Origin: an uncultured Chloroflexia bacterium
GTDB lineage: Bacteria > Chloroflexota > Dehalococcoidia > DSTF01 > JALHUB01
DNA: 64,000 nt
NCBI GenBank assembly: GCA_963703345.1
Contig: OY969814.1
Location: 2,219,753-2,283,752 of the forward strand
Direction: 5' to 3'
Below are positions 46,778 through 57,620 of the stretch, one piece after another (within the stretch, counting starts at the first letter, position 1; each line of letters begins with the position of its first letter). A program made the translations under genes and the position numbers. A model generated the notes under the pieces. That model worked only from the letters and a program-made list of their open reading frames with translations, was not told where the DNA came from and ran no database searches.

Positions 46778-49700
46778 GTGTCTACTCTCCGCCTTGTTCC
46801 TTTCGGACACCCGGCAACCAGCGCTCTCCAAGAGGCCATCGCGGCCGCGAAGGGCAGCGATCCGCTGCAACCCGTAACTGTCGCTGTTCCCTCCAACTAC
46901 GCCGGGCTTTCCTTGAGGAGACGTCTGGGTGCATTGGACGGCGGTCTCGTCAACGTCGGTTTCATCGTCTTTTCGCGCGTGGTGGAGTTGCTGGGCTCAC
47001 CGGCTCTTGCATCAACAGGGAAGCGGCCACTGACGCCTCCAGTGCGCGCCGAGGCAGTCCGTGCGTCGCTTGCCGCCGAGCCGGGCATCTTTGCCGCGGT
47101 CGAAGGGCACACCTCAACCGAGCGCAGTCTCGAGACCACCTTCCGTGAGCTAAGGCGCGCCCCCGAAGAGTCGTTGGACCTTATCGCAGCGCAGAACGCC
47201 CGCGCGGCACATGTTGTGCGCCTCTACCGAGATTTTCGGCGCAGTACAGAAGCCTACTTTGATGACGAGGATTTGGGATTCGCGGCGGCAGGGGCTGTTG
47301 ACGCAGCGCCGCTCGCCCTTAGAGACATTGGGCACGTTATCCTCTTTCTCCCCCGCCGTCTGTCCCCTGGTGAGAGCGCCCTGGTCGACGCCCTCGCCGG
47401 GGAGGGCCTTCTCTCCGCACTTATTGGTCTTAGCGGCGAGGGCGACATTGATGCCCCGGCCCACCAGATGTCGGCCCGCCTGGCTACGCAGCTTGGACCG
47501 TTGCAGGAAGAGGAACCCGCCGAACGCGAAGGAGATTCGCGGATCGTCCTGGTGACGGACGCGGAAGAGGAAGTACGCACGGCACTGCGCCTGATCTCCG
47601 AGCGGCTCGCGGCCGGCACGCCGCTTTACCGCACCGCCGTCCTCTACCGGGCGGCGCAGCCGTATGCGCTCCTCGCCCAGGAGCAGTTCCGGGCCGCCGG
47701 CGTCCCCTTCAACGGCCCTGGCGTGCGCACGCTGGCGCAGACCGTAACCGGCCGAACGTTACTGGGCCTCTTCCGAGTTCGTGAGTCCGGCTTCCGCCGC
47801 GAAGTTTTGGCTGATTGGCTATGCGGTGCGCCTGTGCTGGAGGAGCGAGACGGCAGCCCCGCTCCTGCCCAGCGCTGGGACCTGATCTCACGGTCTGCCG
47901 GCGTCGTTCGTGGCGTCGAACAGTGGCGCGACCGTCTCGCTCGTTACGTACGTTCACTTCGCAGCGAACGAGAGAACCTGGAAGAGCGGGAAAACGCCAG
48001 CGAAGGGAAACTCCGCTACATCGAGTCCGAGATCGGCTACACCGAGCGCCTCGCCCACTTCATCGATGGACTGGCCGCGGACCTCGCCTATTCCGGCCCG
48101 CCTACCTGGCCAGGCTTCGCTGCCTGGGCACGCGGACTGGTCGAACGCTACCTGGGTGGCGAGGGTCACCGCCGCGACTGGCCCGAAGAGGAGATTGAGG
48201 CGCACCGCTCTGTGATGGCGGGACTGGAGGCGCTGGGCGAACTCGCTGCTCTGCGGCCACAGATCGACGAGCCGACATTTCGCCGGGCCCTGGAGAGGGA
48301 CCTGGAGGCGTCGGCAGGGCGCGTAGGTCGCTTTGGCGAAGGCGTGTTCATTGGCCGCCTAGCTGATGCTAGGGGCTGCGAGTTCGACACAGCGTTCGTC
48401 CTTGGCATGAGCGAAGGGCTGCTACCGCCGCGCGGGAAGGACGACCCCCTCATACCGGACCGTGAGCGGTTGGAGTCGGGTGAGGACGTACCTCTGCGCA
48501 CTGCGCGTCTCGACGAAGAGCGGCGCGACTATCTCGCTGCCCTCGCCTCCGCGAGGGAGCGGATCCTCATCTTCCCGCGAGCCGACATGCGGGGCCAGCG
48601 CGGAAAGATGCCTGCCCCTTGGCTCTTACAGGAGGCCTCGCGACTGGAAGGCAAACCACTGTACAGCTCGGACCTCCTCAATCCGCCGGCACGCCCCTGG
48701 CTTGCGGTGGTTCCATCTTTCCAGTCGGCTATTGGCGGAGGCCCTGAGCCGGGCTCGCCTCAAGAATATGACCTTCGCAGCATCTTCCACTGGCGCCAGG
48801 CAGGGCACCGCCTTCTTGACCACTATCTGATCAAGGCTGATCTCACCCTTCGCGGCGGTCTGGAGGCCGACATTGAGCGGCAATCCGAGCGGTTTACGCG
48901 TTGGGACGGCTCCGTCGGACCTGGGCTGGCGGCCGTTCCATCCGCGGAACGGCCGATCTCCGCTAGCGCCCTCCAGAACTGGTCGTCCTGCCCCTTCGGT
49001 TACTTCCTGGGTAACGTTCTCCGAGTAGCTGAGACGGAGCGGCCGGAGGACACGCTGACGATCAGTGCCGCCGACCGGGGGACGGTGATCCACAGGGCCC
49101 TGGAGCGCTTTCTGCGTGATGCGCCGTCTCCTGAGTCACCCACCGAATCGTGGAGCGACGAGGCCCGGGCTCTCCTGCACAGGATCGGCGAGGAGTGCTG
49201 TGATGAGGCGGAGGCCGAGGGCCTCACCGGCAGCCCCCTGCTATGGAGGCTGGAACGGGCACGCATACTGCGTGACCTCGACGGCTTCCTGGCCGCAGAT
49301 GAAGAGATGAGAGCCGAGTTGGGTGTGCTGCCCCTCGCTGTTGAGGTCTCCTTTGGACTTGCGGAGCCGGGTTCGAAAGAGGCGGCCCGAGTCGAGTTGA
49401 AGGACGGCAGGAGGATCGCCCTCCGGGGCAAGATCGACCGCGTGGATCGGGCATCGGACGGCTCTCGGTTGGTTGTTATCGATTACAAGAGCGGCTCGTC
49501 AACCGCCTACCGAGAGCTCCGCAAGGACCCGGTCAAACGGGGTCAGCTGCTGCAATTGCCGCTCTATGCAGTCGCCGCCGGCAGCGCCTACGGCGACTTG
49601 CCGGTCACGGCTTACTACTGGTTTGCGACCGAGCAGTACTCGTATGAACGCATGGGATACCCGGTCGATGACGATGTCATGACCCGTTTCAGAGAGGTCC

Positions 49701-49897
49701 TTGGCGTAATCCTGAATGGCATTAGCGCCGGTCTCTTTCCGTCTCATCCGGGGCAGTGGCGCTTCGAAAACTTCGAAAGCTGTCGTTTCTGCCCTTATGA
49801 CATGATGTGCGCAAGGCAACGTGACCGGGTGTGGGAACGAAAGCGCGGTGCGCCTGAGCTCAGCGCCTATGCTCAGATGGCGGAGGGCAACGACTGA
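46778..49897 (+). CDS. addB: AddB/RexB-like inactive helicase + PD-(D/E)XK nuclease with Fe-S cysteines
   Basis: VAVPSN, SASAL..W..CPF.YF, RGKIDRVD, IDYKSG, LQLPLY, CRFCPY..C. Confidence 0.85.
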   Translation: MSTLRLVPFGHPATSALQEAIAAAKGSDPLQPVTVAVPSNYAGLSLRRRLGALDGGLVNVGFIVFSRVVELLGSPALASTGKRPLTPPVRAEAVRASLAAEPGIFAAVEGHTSTERSLETTFRELRRAPEESLDLIAAQNARAAHVVRLYRDFRRSTEAYFDDEDLGFAAAGAVDAAPLALRDIGHVILFLPRRLSPGESALVDALAGEGLLSALIGLSGEGDIDAPAHQMSARLATQLGPLQEEEPAEREGDSRIVLVTDAEEEVRTALRLISERLAAGTPLYRTAVLYRAAQPYALLAQEQFRAAGVPFNGPGVRTLAQTVTGRTLLGLFRVRESGFRREVLADWLCGAPVLEERDGSPAPAQRWDLISRSAGVVRGVEQWRDRLARYVRSLRSERENLEERENASEGKLRYIESEIGYTERLAHFIDGLAADLAYSGPPTWPGFAAWARGLVERYLGGEGHRRDWPEEEIEAHRSVMAGLEALGELAALRPQIDEPTFRRALERDLEASAGRVGRFGEGVFIGRLADARGCEFDTAFVLGMSEGLLPPRGKDDPLIPDRERLESGEDVPLRTARLDEERRDYLAALASARERILIFPRADMRGQRGKMPAPWLLQEASRLEGKPLYSSDLLNPPARPWLAVVPSFQSAIGGGPEPGSPQEYDLRSIFHWRQAGHRLLDHYLIKADLTLRGGLEADIERQSERFTRWDGSVGPGLAAVPSAERPISASALQNWSSCPFGYFLGNVLRVAETERPEDTLTISAADRGTVIHRALERFLRDAPSPESPTESWSDEARALLHRIGEECCDEAEAEGLTGSPLLWRLERARILRDLDGFLAADEEMRAELGVLPLAVEVSFGLAEPGSKEAARVELKDGRRIALRGKIDRVDRASDGSRLVVIDYKSGSSTAYRELRKDPVKRGQLLQLPLYAVAAGSAYGDLPVTAYYWFATEQYSYERMGYPVDDDVMTRFREVLGVILNGISAGLFPSHPGQWRFENFESCRFCPYDMMCARQRDRVWERKRGAPELSAYAQMAEGND

Positions 49898-52800
49898 TGG
49901 CCGAAGCTCTCCCCTTGCAGCCCTCTGATCAGGTGCAACGAGACCGCATTCTGACTGATCTTGATAGCACTCTGTTCGTCGAGGCCGGCGCCGGAACGGG
50001 CAAGACTTCATCGCTGGTCGGCCGCATCGTTAGGCTCGTGGCAACGGGCCGGACGGACATGAGGCGCGTTGCGGCCATTACTTTCACGGAAAAGGCCGCC
50101 GCCGAGTTGCGCGACCGGGTGCGCGAAGAGATGGAGAAGGCGGCGCGCGACGAGGGCCTGCCCGATGACGAAGCGGCCCGAATCAGGGAGGCGATAACCG
50201 AGATTGATGCCGCAGCCATCGAGACGCTACACGGTTTCGCCCAGAGGATATTGACCACTTACCCGCTTGAGGCTGGGCTTCCTCCGGCAGTGAGCGTCCA
50301 AGACGAGGTCGTCTCGTCAATCGCCTTCCAAGAGCGCTGGCGTGACTACCTGGACAACCTGCTGGAGAACCCCGCTCTAGAGGAGGTCCTAGTTCGTGCC
50401 TACGTCTTAGGGCTCGATCTTGGTGAGTTGCGCACGCTGGCGCTTGCCCTGCACAGGAACTGGGACCGAGTTGAGGACGTCGACCTGGCGGCGCCGGCGC
50501 TGCCTCCGGTTGATACAGAGGCCGTTCTCGCTGCATTGGACGAGGCCTGCGGGATCCAGGCTTGCTGCGTCGACTCGAGCGACTTCCTCTACCAGCACCT
50601 GGACTGGATGAAGACCTACCGAGCGCGTCTGCAAGGAGCAGAAGATCCGTTGGACGCGCTGCGAATACTGGCTGAGCCGCGCAAGCTAAGCCACACAAAA
50701 GGACGGAAATCTAGCTGGCAGGGGATCACGCCTGACGAGATCAAGGCGATGCTGACTGAGGCTCAGGATTCACGCCAGGCGCTTCTCGACGAGCAACGTG
50801 CGGCCGTCCTGGAGGCGCTTCTTGTCGAGCTGCGAGGGTTCGTTCTTTCCCACGCCGAGGAGCGCCAGCACGAGGGGCAACTGGAGTTTCACGACCTTCT
50901 AGTTTTGGCCCGCGACCTTCTGCGGCACCACCCATCGGTGCGCCGGGCGTTGCGGGCGCAGTTCTCTCACCTGCTCATCGACGAGTTTCAAGACACGGAC
51001 CCCATCCAGATTGAACTGGCCGTCCTCCTCGCCTGCGGCGAGAGCGAGAGTGCTCCGTCCGATTGGCGCGAGGCGGAGGTTGAGGAGGGCCGCCTGTTCT
51101 TCGTCGGCGACCCGAAACAGTCGATTTACCGTTTCCGACGCGCGGACATCACCCTTTACAGACGGGTGCAGGAGAAGTTCTCGGACCGCACTATCTACCT
51201 CACCCAGAACTTCCGGTCGTGCCCATCAGTCATCGACTGGGTGAACGGCATCTTCGGCACATTGATTGGAGAGGGTGACCCCGAGGGGCAGGCCCCCTAC
51301 ATAGCCCTTGATTGCAGCTGGGAGGCCGATAGCGAGTCTCCCACCGTGCGCCTCCTCGGCGAGCCAAGCGACGAGAACGTCCCCGTGATACGCCGGCGAG
51401 AGGCGCAGGAAATCGCCGCCGTAATCCGGCAGGCAAGCGCCGAAGGCTGGCCAGTGACCGGGCGGGACGAGCAGGGAGCGCGAGAAGTCCGTCCTACCTG
51501 CTACGCTGACATCGCCATCCTGTTGCCCACTCGCGCCAGCCTACAGTTGCTCGAACGGGCTCTGGACGAATCGGGAATCCCTTACCGTGTTGAGAGCCAA
51601 GACCTTCTCTACGATACGCAGGAGGTGCGCGACCTCTTGGCGATACTTCGGTCGATCGATGACCCGACAGATGAGGTCGCGCTCGTGACCGCGCTCCGGA
51701 CCCCCGCCTTCGCCTGCGCAGACGACGACCTTCTCCGTTACTCCCAAGCAGGCGGCCGCTGGGATTATCGGCAACAGCCGCCGAATATCCTCGGGAGCGA
51801 CCACCCTGTCATCTCGGCGATGACCGCCTTGAATGGGCTCCACAACCAGCGCTGGTGGCAGCCGCTAAACGAGGTCGTCGAGGCAGTGATCCGAGAGCGG
51901 AAACTATTTCAACTGGCTTTCGCGCACGGACGGCCCCGAGAGCGCTGGCAGCGGCTGCGATTCGTCCTCGATCAGTCGCGCGCCTTTGCCGAGGCGGGTG
52001 GTGCAACACTGCGACAGTTTGTCGAGTGGGCTGAATTGCAGGCTGAGGAGGGGATGCGCGTCGTCGAGACCGTCGTACCAGAGGCCGACGACGATGCCGT
52101 ACGCATCCTAACCGTCCACGCCTCCAAGGGGCTCGAATTCCCAATCGTTATCCTGGCGGGCCTCAATTCGACTCCTCGAGGTGGCAGGCCCGGGCCAAAG
52201 GTGCTGTGGGGATCAGAGGGGCAACCGGAAGTTCAGCTGGGTTCTGCCAACGCCCGCTTTCAGACGCCAGGATTCGAGCAGCTCGACGCTGGCGAACAGC
52301 GGATGGACGAGTACGAGAAAGTGCGTCTCCTTTACGTTGCAGCCACTCGTGCGCGCGATCACCTCGTTGTCAGTCTCCACCACAAAAGTGGAACGCAGTG
52401 TGCGGCGTCGACCCTCGAAACGCTCTGCGAAGGTATCCCAACTCTCTGGGCGAAGGCGAAGCTTCCTTCCTTGCCACCCACACCGCCAGGTGAGGGTCGC
52501 TCGTACGAATTCGATGATAGTCCTGAAAAGAGAGCGCACTGGCTCGAGGGACGTGAGTCACGCATCGCATCGCTCCGGCGGGCGCCTGTCTATGCTGCGA
52601 CAGCCATCTCCCGCGAGCTGACCGCATCCGAAGACCCAAACTTGAAAAAGGACGCTCCGGTAGAGGAGATCCCGCCATGGCGGCGGGGGCGCGCTGGCAC
52701 CTCGATGGGAAGGGCCGTTCACGCAGTCCTTCAGAGCATTGACCTAGCAACAGGTGAAGGGCTCGCGGGCGCCGCGGCAGCCCAGGCAGCAGCAGAAGGT

Positions 52801-53232
52801 ATCTCGAACCGTTCCGGTGAGATCGCCGCGGCAGTGCGAACCGCGCTGGACACCACAACTGTGCAGGAGGCGGTCAGGTCGGGACGCTACTGGCGCGAGG
52901 TCTACATCGCCGCTCCAGTCGATGGAGCTCTCGTTGAGGGGTTCATCGATCTTCTTTTCGAGACGCCCGAAGGCTTCGTCATCGTCGACTACAAGACCGA
53001 CCGCGTCCCGAGCGAGGCTGAGTTAGACGCTGCTCTTCACCACTATCGTCTCCAGGGCGCGGCATACGCCCTCATGCTTACCGAGACGTTGGCCCGGCCT
53101 GTTGCCGCCTGCCGCTTCGTGTTCGTATCGCCGGCACGATCTCTGGAGCGCGAAGTACCCGACTTAAAGGTCGCCATTGGCGAAGCAAGAGCGTTGGTCG
53201 CCAAGGGTACAGCGGCAGCCGCCACCAATTGA
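49897..53232 (+). CDS. addA: AddA/RexA-like UvrD helicase-nuclease
   Basis: AGAGTGKT, ITFTEKAA.E, IDEFQDT, VGDPKQSIYRFR, TVHASKGLEF, LYVAATRA, GFIDL..VDYKTD. Confidence 0.9.
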   Translation: MAEALPLQPSDQVQRDRILTDLDSTLFVEAGAGTGKTSSLVGRIVRLVATGRTDMRRVAAITFTEKAAAELRDRVREEMEKAARDEGLPDDEAARIREAITEIDAAAIETLHGFAQRILTTYPLEAGLPPAVSVQDEVVSSIAFQERWRDYLDNLLENPALEEVLVRAYVLGLDLGELRTLALALHRNWDRVEDVDLAAPALPPVDTEAVLAALDEACGIQACCVDSSDFLYQHLDWMKTYRARLQGAEDPLDALRILAEPRKLSHTKGRKSSWQGITPDEIKAMLTEAQDSRQALLDEQRAAVLEALLVELRGFVLSHAEERQHEGQLEFHDLLVLARDLLRHHPSVRRALRAQFSHLLIDEFQDTDPIQIELAVLLACGESESAPSDWREAEVEEGRLFFVGDPKQSIYRFRRADITLYRRVQEKFSDRTIYLTQNFRSCPSVIDWVNGIFGTLIGEGDPEGQAPYIALDCSWEADSESPTVRLLGEPSDENVPVIRRREAQEIAAVIRQASAEGWPVTGRDEQGAREVRPTCYADIAILLPTRASLQLLERALDESGIPYRVESQDLLYDTQEVRDLLAILRSIDDPTDEVALVTALRTPAFACADDDLLRYSQAGGRWDYRQQPPNILGSDHPVISAMTALNGLHNQRWWQPLNEVVEAVIRERKLFQLAFAHGRPRERWQRLRFVLDQSRAFAEAGGATLRQFVEWAELQAEEGMRVVETVVPEADDDAVRILTVHASKGLEFPIVILAGLNSTPRGGRPGPKVLWGSEGQPEVQLGSANARFQTPGFEQLDAGEQRMDEYEKVRLLYVAATRARDHLVVSLHHKSGTQCAASTLETLCEGIPTLWAKAKLPSLPPTPPGEGRSYEFDDSPEKRAHWLEGRESRIASLRRAPVYAATAISRELTASEDPNLKKDAPVEEIPPWRRGRAGTSMGRAVHAVLQSIDLATGEGLAGAAAAQAAAEGISNRSGEIAAAVRTALDTTTVQEAVRSGRYWREVYIAAPVDGALVEGFIDLLFETPEGFVIVDYKTDRVPSEAELDAALHHYRLQGAAYALMLTETLARPVAACRFVFVSPARSLEREVPDLKVAIGEARALVAKGTAAAATN

Positions 53233-53251
53233 CGAAGGGAATGAGAACAAG

Positions 53252-53557
53252 ATGAACCGCACTTATCCGGTAAAGCAGGGGTGCCCGAGAGATCAAGTTG
53301 AGGAGCTCATTGACCAGCTGCTCTCGAGGTACGAGCATGGGCGAGCCAATTCGACCAAAGAGCTTCCATCGGCCCTGCGCAAGGATCTCGCGGACTCGGA
53401 CTATCGATCCATAACCGCAAAGACATATGCTCAGCTTTCCCGCTGGTGTTATCCCGAACGGTGGTCGGATCGGGAGATGTACGTTCGAAGAATCGCCGTG
53501 AGGCTAAGTGAGATGCTGTTTGGCGAGGTCATCCCCCGCGTCCAAGGTTCTCGCTGA
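53252..53557 (+). CDS. small hypothetical protein
   Basis: ORF filling the gap between addA and the NACHT gene. Confidence 0.5.
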   Translation: MNRTYPVKQGCPRDQVEELIDQLLSRYEHGRANSTKELPSALRKDLADSDYRSITAKTYAQLSRWCYPERWSDREMYVRRIAVRLSEMLFGEVIPRVQGSR

Positions 53558-53576
53558 TGACGGTGGCAAAACCACA

Positions 53577-56500
53577 ATGATCGAGATTGTGCAGATCGGC
53601 GTTGTAGGTGGACTCGAGATCTTCGGACAGAGGGGCGAGCAACGACCTCCCACTCTGCTCGTGCTGGTGCACGGATGGCGGGGCAACACCACGACCACCT
53701 GGGGGAATACCAAGAACCTCCTCCTAAAAGAGTTCCACGACGCCTGCGACGTAGCTCTCTTCGCCTACGGAACCGGGCTGTGGCGCTGGGGAGGGAAGGG
53801 GGTCAAGGACCTCTGCGACCAGCTTTCGGGCGCCATTCGTGGTGCCGCCACGGCATACAGCTATCAACAGGTGGGCGTTGCTGGACACAGCTTGGGAGGG
53901 CTGGTGGCAGCGCAGGTCGTGGAGAGACTCCTCAGGGAAGGTGGCGAGCCCACGGCCACCGGGCTGCTCTGCGTTGGCACACCGTGGAAGGGTGTGCTGA
54001 CTACCTGGCCATTCTTCTTGGGGAGCGGCCAATTGCACGACCTCAGGCCTAGCAGTACCGCGGTGAAGAAGTCCAACGAAGCATGGGAGTACGCGGGGCG
54101 CTTCGTGCGGCCTGTCCTTGGGCGAGGCCGTGGGGATTCATTCGAGTCGGCTCCCACGGCGACCGCTTCACAGCCAACACCCGACCTCAGCGGTGCCAGG
54201 ACCTACTGGACCTACGTCACACATGGCGGTGCCTGTGCCGCTCGTGACGAGGATGACGAGAAACTAAAGCCGTTCCAGGATTTCGCTGAGGAAGCTTCGA
54301 AGGCGTCCACGCTCCGCTATCTTCGTGCCCTGGAGAAGAACCTCGAGGACTGGCGAATCCACCCGATATCCACCGGCTCAGCCGAAAACCTGTACGAGCA
54401 ACAGAGTGCATCACCGTGGAAAGCGACGACGCCGGATGACCCTGAGCAGCCAACGGCCGCTGGACCGAGCCGGCGTCGGGACGGGTGGGCAGAAAGCGAC
54501 AGGCTGGACGATGTTCTTTATCTGCTCGACTCCAATCAGCGCTGTGTCTGCCTAACTGGCGAAGGAGGTGCCGGAAAGACGACCTCCATAACCGAGCTCG
54601 CCCGCCTCGCCACTGAGAGAGCGCTGAACGCGCCCCGTGGGGCTGCCATCCCCGTCGTGTTGCGCCTAGGACCAGAAGCAATCGGAGACTGCAGGCGAGA
54701 ATTGCCCGATATGCTTGCGGCGTTAGCTGGCTGCGTTCAGGTCGCTGATGAGAATCAGCGCTGGTGCCGCGACCAGACGGAGAACGATCTGCCCGGCCGG
54801 CTCATTCTCCTGGTGGACGGGCTGGACGAAGCGCATAAGAGCCAAAGGGACTTGGTGGACCAGCTTTCGCGGACTGTCTCTCATGCCGGGGGCGGAGCGA
54901 TCCTTGCCGGACGCCCGGAATCGGTCTCTAGGGATCTGGATTTCACAGTCCTCCGGCTCGACGCGCTGGATCCGGAGCGCGTCGAACGCATTGTGCACCG
55001 ACAACTGGGGAACCACGAGAGGGCATTTCTGAAGTGGATCCCGGCCGGTTTTCAACCCTTTCTGGCCAACCCGGGCCAGCTCGAAATGACGATGTGGTTT
55101 TGGCATAGAGGGGGCCACGAGGAGAGGCCGCCGACGACGCTGGGGGAACTCTACGAGCGTGCCCTGCCCTATTGCCTTGGGAGACCTCGCGGGGCAACAA
55201 CACCCCCGCCCACGAGCGATGAAGATAGGCGGAGGTGGCACGAGTGCGCCGCGCGCGCCAAGACTGTGCTGCCTATCCGCGCCTTCGCAGACCTAGAGGC
55301 AATCACTGGCGGGTCGACGCCGCCCGGTCTCGACCCCGGCAGCCTGGATTTGACCGACGGAGACTGCGAATTGCTCCAGAATGGCGGGATTATTGGGCAG
55401 AGCACCCGAAGGGACGGCACGAGAGCCTGGGGCTTCGCCTCCGCGCGCTGGCGTGAGTTCTTTGCCTCTCTCGAGCTGCGGCGGCTGGCGGAGGTCGGTG
55501 AGTGGCTAGGCGACGTCGCTCGGCCAACGTGGCTGAACGTCTGGCGGATGGCCGCTACGCCGGAGAGCAACGCAGTTGAGCGAGCCGCAGAGGCTCTCTC
55601 GCCATTGCTTCAGACAGTTGTCGCCGTTTCGAGGGGATCGTTTGCCGCGGATCAGACGGTGGCGGACATCGGCTGGAGGCAAAGACGGCTACTGGCAGAC
55701 GTGCTGCAAGACACCCCTGGCTACGCAGCGCTTATCATCCTCCTCCGACTATCTGAGGACTGGATCCACGCGAGCGCGACCGCCATCGAGGCGCTCAAGG
55801 GGACGACAGACCGCCTGGCTCTCGCGGCCATCATCCGCTTATGCGAGCATCCGCACTACTCTGTGCGCGCGAATGCCGCGCTGACGCTTCAAGGGACTAC
55901 AGATCCTGACGCTCTCGCTTGCCTCCTCCGACTTTGCGAGGATACGGAAAGGGCGGTGCGAAGCGCCGTCGCCCGCGCTCTTCAAGGAACGAAGGACGCC
56001 GCCGCGCTGGCTGCCCTCCTCTCGCTATGCGAGGATACCGATCTCGAGGTGCGCAAGACTGTCGCCTTGTCGCTTCACGGAACGACCGAACCCACCCTTG
56101 TCGCTGCCCTCATCCGACTTTCCGACGATCCGAAGACCGAGGTGCGGGAGGCCGCCGCGCAGGCTCTTCGAGGAACGACAGACCGCGACGCCCTCGCTGC
56201 CCTCCTCCGACTCTGCGAGGACACGAATGAACGCGTGCGCTGGGACGCTGCCTCGGCGCTTCGGGGGACGACGGACACTAGCGTTCTCGCTGCCCTAGTC
56301 CGACTCTGCGAGCAGAGGGAGGGCTCTATACGCGAGTCTGCCGTTTATGCGTTACGGGCGACGAGAGAGTCGGTCGCTCTGGCTGCGCTCGTTCGCCTTT
56401 GCGAGGACGCGGAAAGGGGTGTGCGTCGCATTGCTGCCTCGGGGCTTGAAGGGACGACAGACCCCGCAGCTCTCGGTGCCCTCCTCCGACTCTGCGAGGA

Positions 56501-57428
56501 CACAGCGAGCGATGTGCGCGAAGCCGCGGCCTCGGCGCTTGCAGGCACAACGAACACCGCAGCTCTCGCTGCCCTCATCCGGCTATGCGAGCATGGAGAG
56601 AGCGACGCGCGTTTGGCTGCGGCGCTGGCTCTCGAAGGGACGACAGACCCAACTGCATTCGCTGCCCTCCTTCGACTGTGCGAGCACGGAGAGAGCGGCG
56701 CACGCGTCGCCGCTACCCTGGCGCTGTGGGGGACGACAGATACCACCGCCATCGTCGCCCTCATTCGACGGTGCAGCGATACGGAGCGTGACGTAAGGGA
56801 GGCCGCTCTCTGGACGCTTCAGGGCACGACAGATCCCGCCGCTATCCCTGCCTTCGTCCGACTGTGCGACGATACGGACAGCACAGTTCGCTGTCTCGCC
56901 GCCGAGGCGCTTAAGGGGACAACCGACCGCGCCGCTCTCGCTGCCCTGGTCCGACTATGCGAAGATACGGAGAGCGACGTGCGCTGGGTCGCCGCCGAGG
57001 CGCTTAAGGGGACGACCGACCGCGCCGCTCTCGCTGCCCTGGTCCGATCATGCGAAGATATTGAGAACAACGTCCGCTGGGCTGCCGCCGAGGCGCTTGA
57101 GGGAACGACCGACCGCGCCGCTCTCGCCGCCATGATCCGACTATGCAAAAACACGGATGCCACCACACGTCATACCGCTGCACTGGCGCTGAGAGGTACG
57201 CGGGACCCCGCCGCTCTCGCCGCCCTTGTTCGACTATGCGAGGATACGGAGAGCAACATACGCGAACTAGCTGCCTCTGCGCTACGTTCGGCGCCGCCTG
57301 AGTCGGGGGTGGCCCAACTCTTGTTGGCGTGGCATTGGAAGGAAGACCACCGGTCCGAAGTCGAGCATCTTCTTTTTGCACGCGTGCTCCCCGAGGATGT
57401 ACCGTTCGCCGAGTGGCCGGGTGGATAG
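53577..57428 (+). CDS. alpha/beta-hydrolase + NACHT NTPase + HEAT-repeat (NLR-like) protein
   Basis: LVHGW.G, GHSLGG, GTPWKG; GEGGAGKT, LLVDGLDE; ~16 31-aa HEAT units. Confidence 0.88.
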   Translation: MIEIVQIGVVGGLEIFGQRGEQRPPTLLVLVHGWRGNTTTTWGNTKNLLLKEFHDACDVALFAYGTGLWRWGGKGVKDLCDQLSGAIRGAATAYSYQQVGVAGHSLGGLVAAQVVERLLREGGEPTATGLLCVGTPWKGVLTTWPFFLGSGQLHDLRPSSTAVKKSNEAWEYAGRFVRPVLGRGRGDSFESAPTATASQPTPDLSGARTYWTYVTHGGACAARDEDDEKLKPFQDFAEEASKASTLRYLRALEKNLEDWRIHPISTGSAENLYEQQSASPWKATTPDDPEQPTAAGPSRRRDGWAESDRLDDVLYLLDSNQRCVCLTGEGGAGKTTSITELARLATERALNAPRGAAIPVVLRLGPEAIGDCRRELPDMLAALAGCVQVADENQRWCRDQTENDLPGRLILLVDGLDEAHKSQRDLVDQLSRTVSHAGGGAILAGRPESVSRDLDFTVLRLDALDPERVERIVHRQLGNHERAFLKWIPAGFQPFLANPGQLEMTMWFWHRGGHEERPPTTLGELYERALPYCLGRPRGATTPPPTSDEDRRRWHECAARAKTVLPIRAFADLEAITGGSTPPGLDPGSLDLTDGDCELLQNGGIIGQSTRRDGTRAWGFASARWREFFASLELRRLAEVGEWLGDVARPTWLNVWRMAATPESNAVERAAEALSPLLQTVVAVSRGSFAADQTVADIGWRQRRLLADVLQDTPGYAALIILLRLSEDWIHASATAIEALKGTTDRLALAAIIRLCEHPHYSVRANAALTLQGTTDPDALACLLRLCEDTERAVRSAVARALQGTKDAAALAALLSLCEDTDLEVRKTVALSLHGTTEPTLVAALIRLSDDPKTEVREAAAQALRGTTDRDALAALLRLCEDTNERVRWDAASALRGTTDTSVLAALVRLCEQREGSIRESAVYALRATRESVALAALVRLCEDAERGVRRIAASGLEGTTDPAALGALLRLCEDTASDVREAAASALAGTTNTAALAALIRLCEHGESDARLAAALALEGTTDPTAFAALLRLCEHGESGARVAATLALWGTTDTTAIVALIRRCSDTERDVREAALWTLQGTTDPAAIPAFVRLCDDTDSTVRCLAAEALKGTTDRAALAALVRLCEDTESDVRWVAAEALKGTTDRAALAALVRSCEDIENNVRWAAAEALEGTTDRAALAAMIRLCKNTDATTRHTAALALRGTRDPAALAALVRLCEDTESNIRELAASALRSAPPESGVAQLLLAWHWKEDHRSEVEHLLFARVLPEDVPFAEWPGG
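55780..57290 (+). repeat. 93-bp coding tandem repeats (HEAT units)
   Basis: Recurrent ..GCTCTCGCTGCCCTCCTCCGACT(C/A)TGCGAGGA.. encoding AL.GTTD.AALAAL.RLCED. Confidence 0.9.
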
Positions 57429-57620
57429 CGTGAATCGCGCTGTAGCGGCGAGGCATATCTGGCGGCGCCAGCCTCGCGACGAGGGATGGCCCAGCGTACC
57501 TGAGTGATGCCTACCAGTTCATGCGGCTTCGTGCCGTGTGGTGCGCCGTATCTTTGAAAAACACCCAGATTCGTTTTGAAATGCCGTATGAAAAGACGCC
57601 CTGTCGGGCGCCACCCTATC

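Noticed and set aside
41565-53232. Intact prophage
   Set aside because: No portal, capsid, tail, lysis or replication genes.
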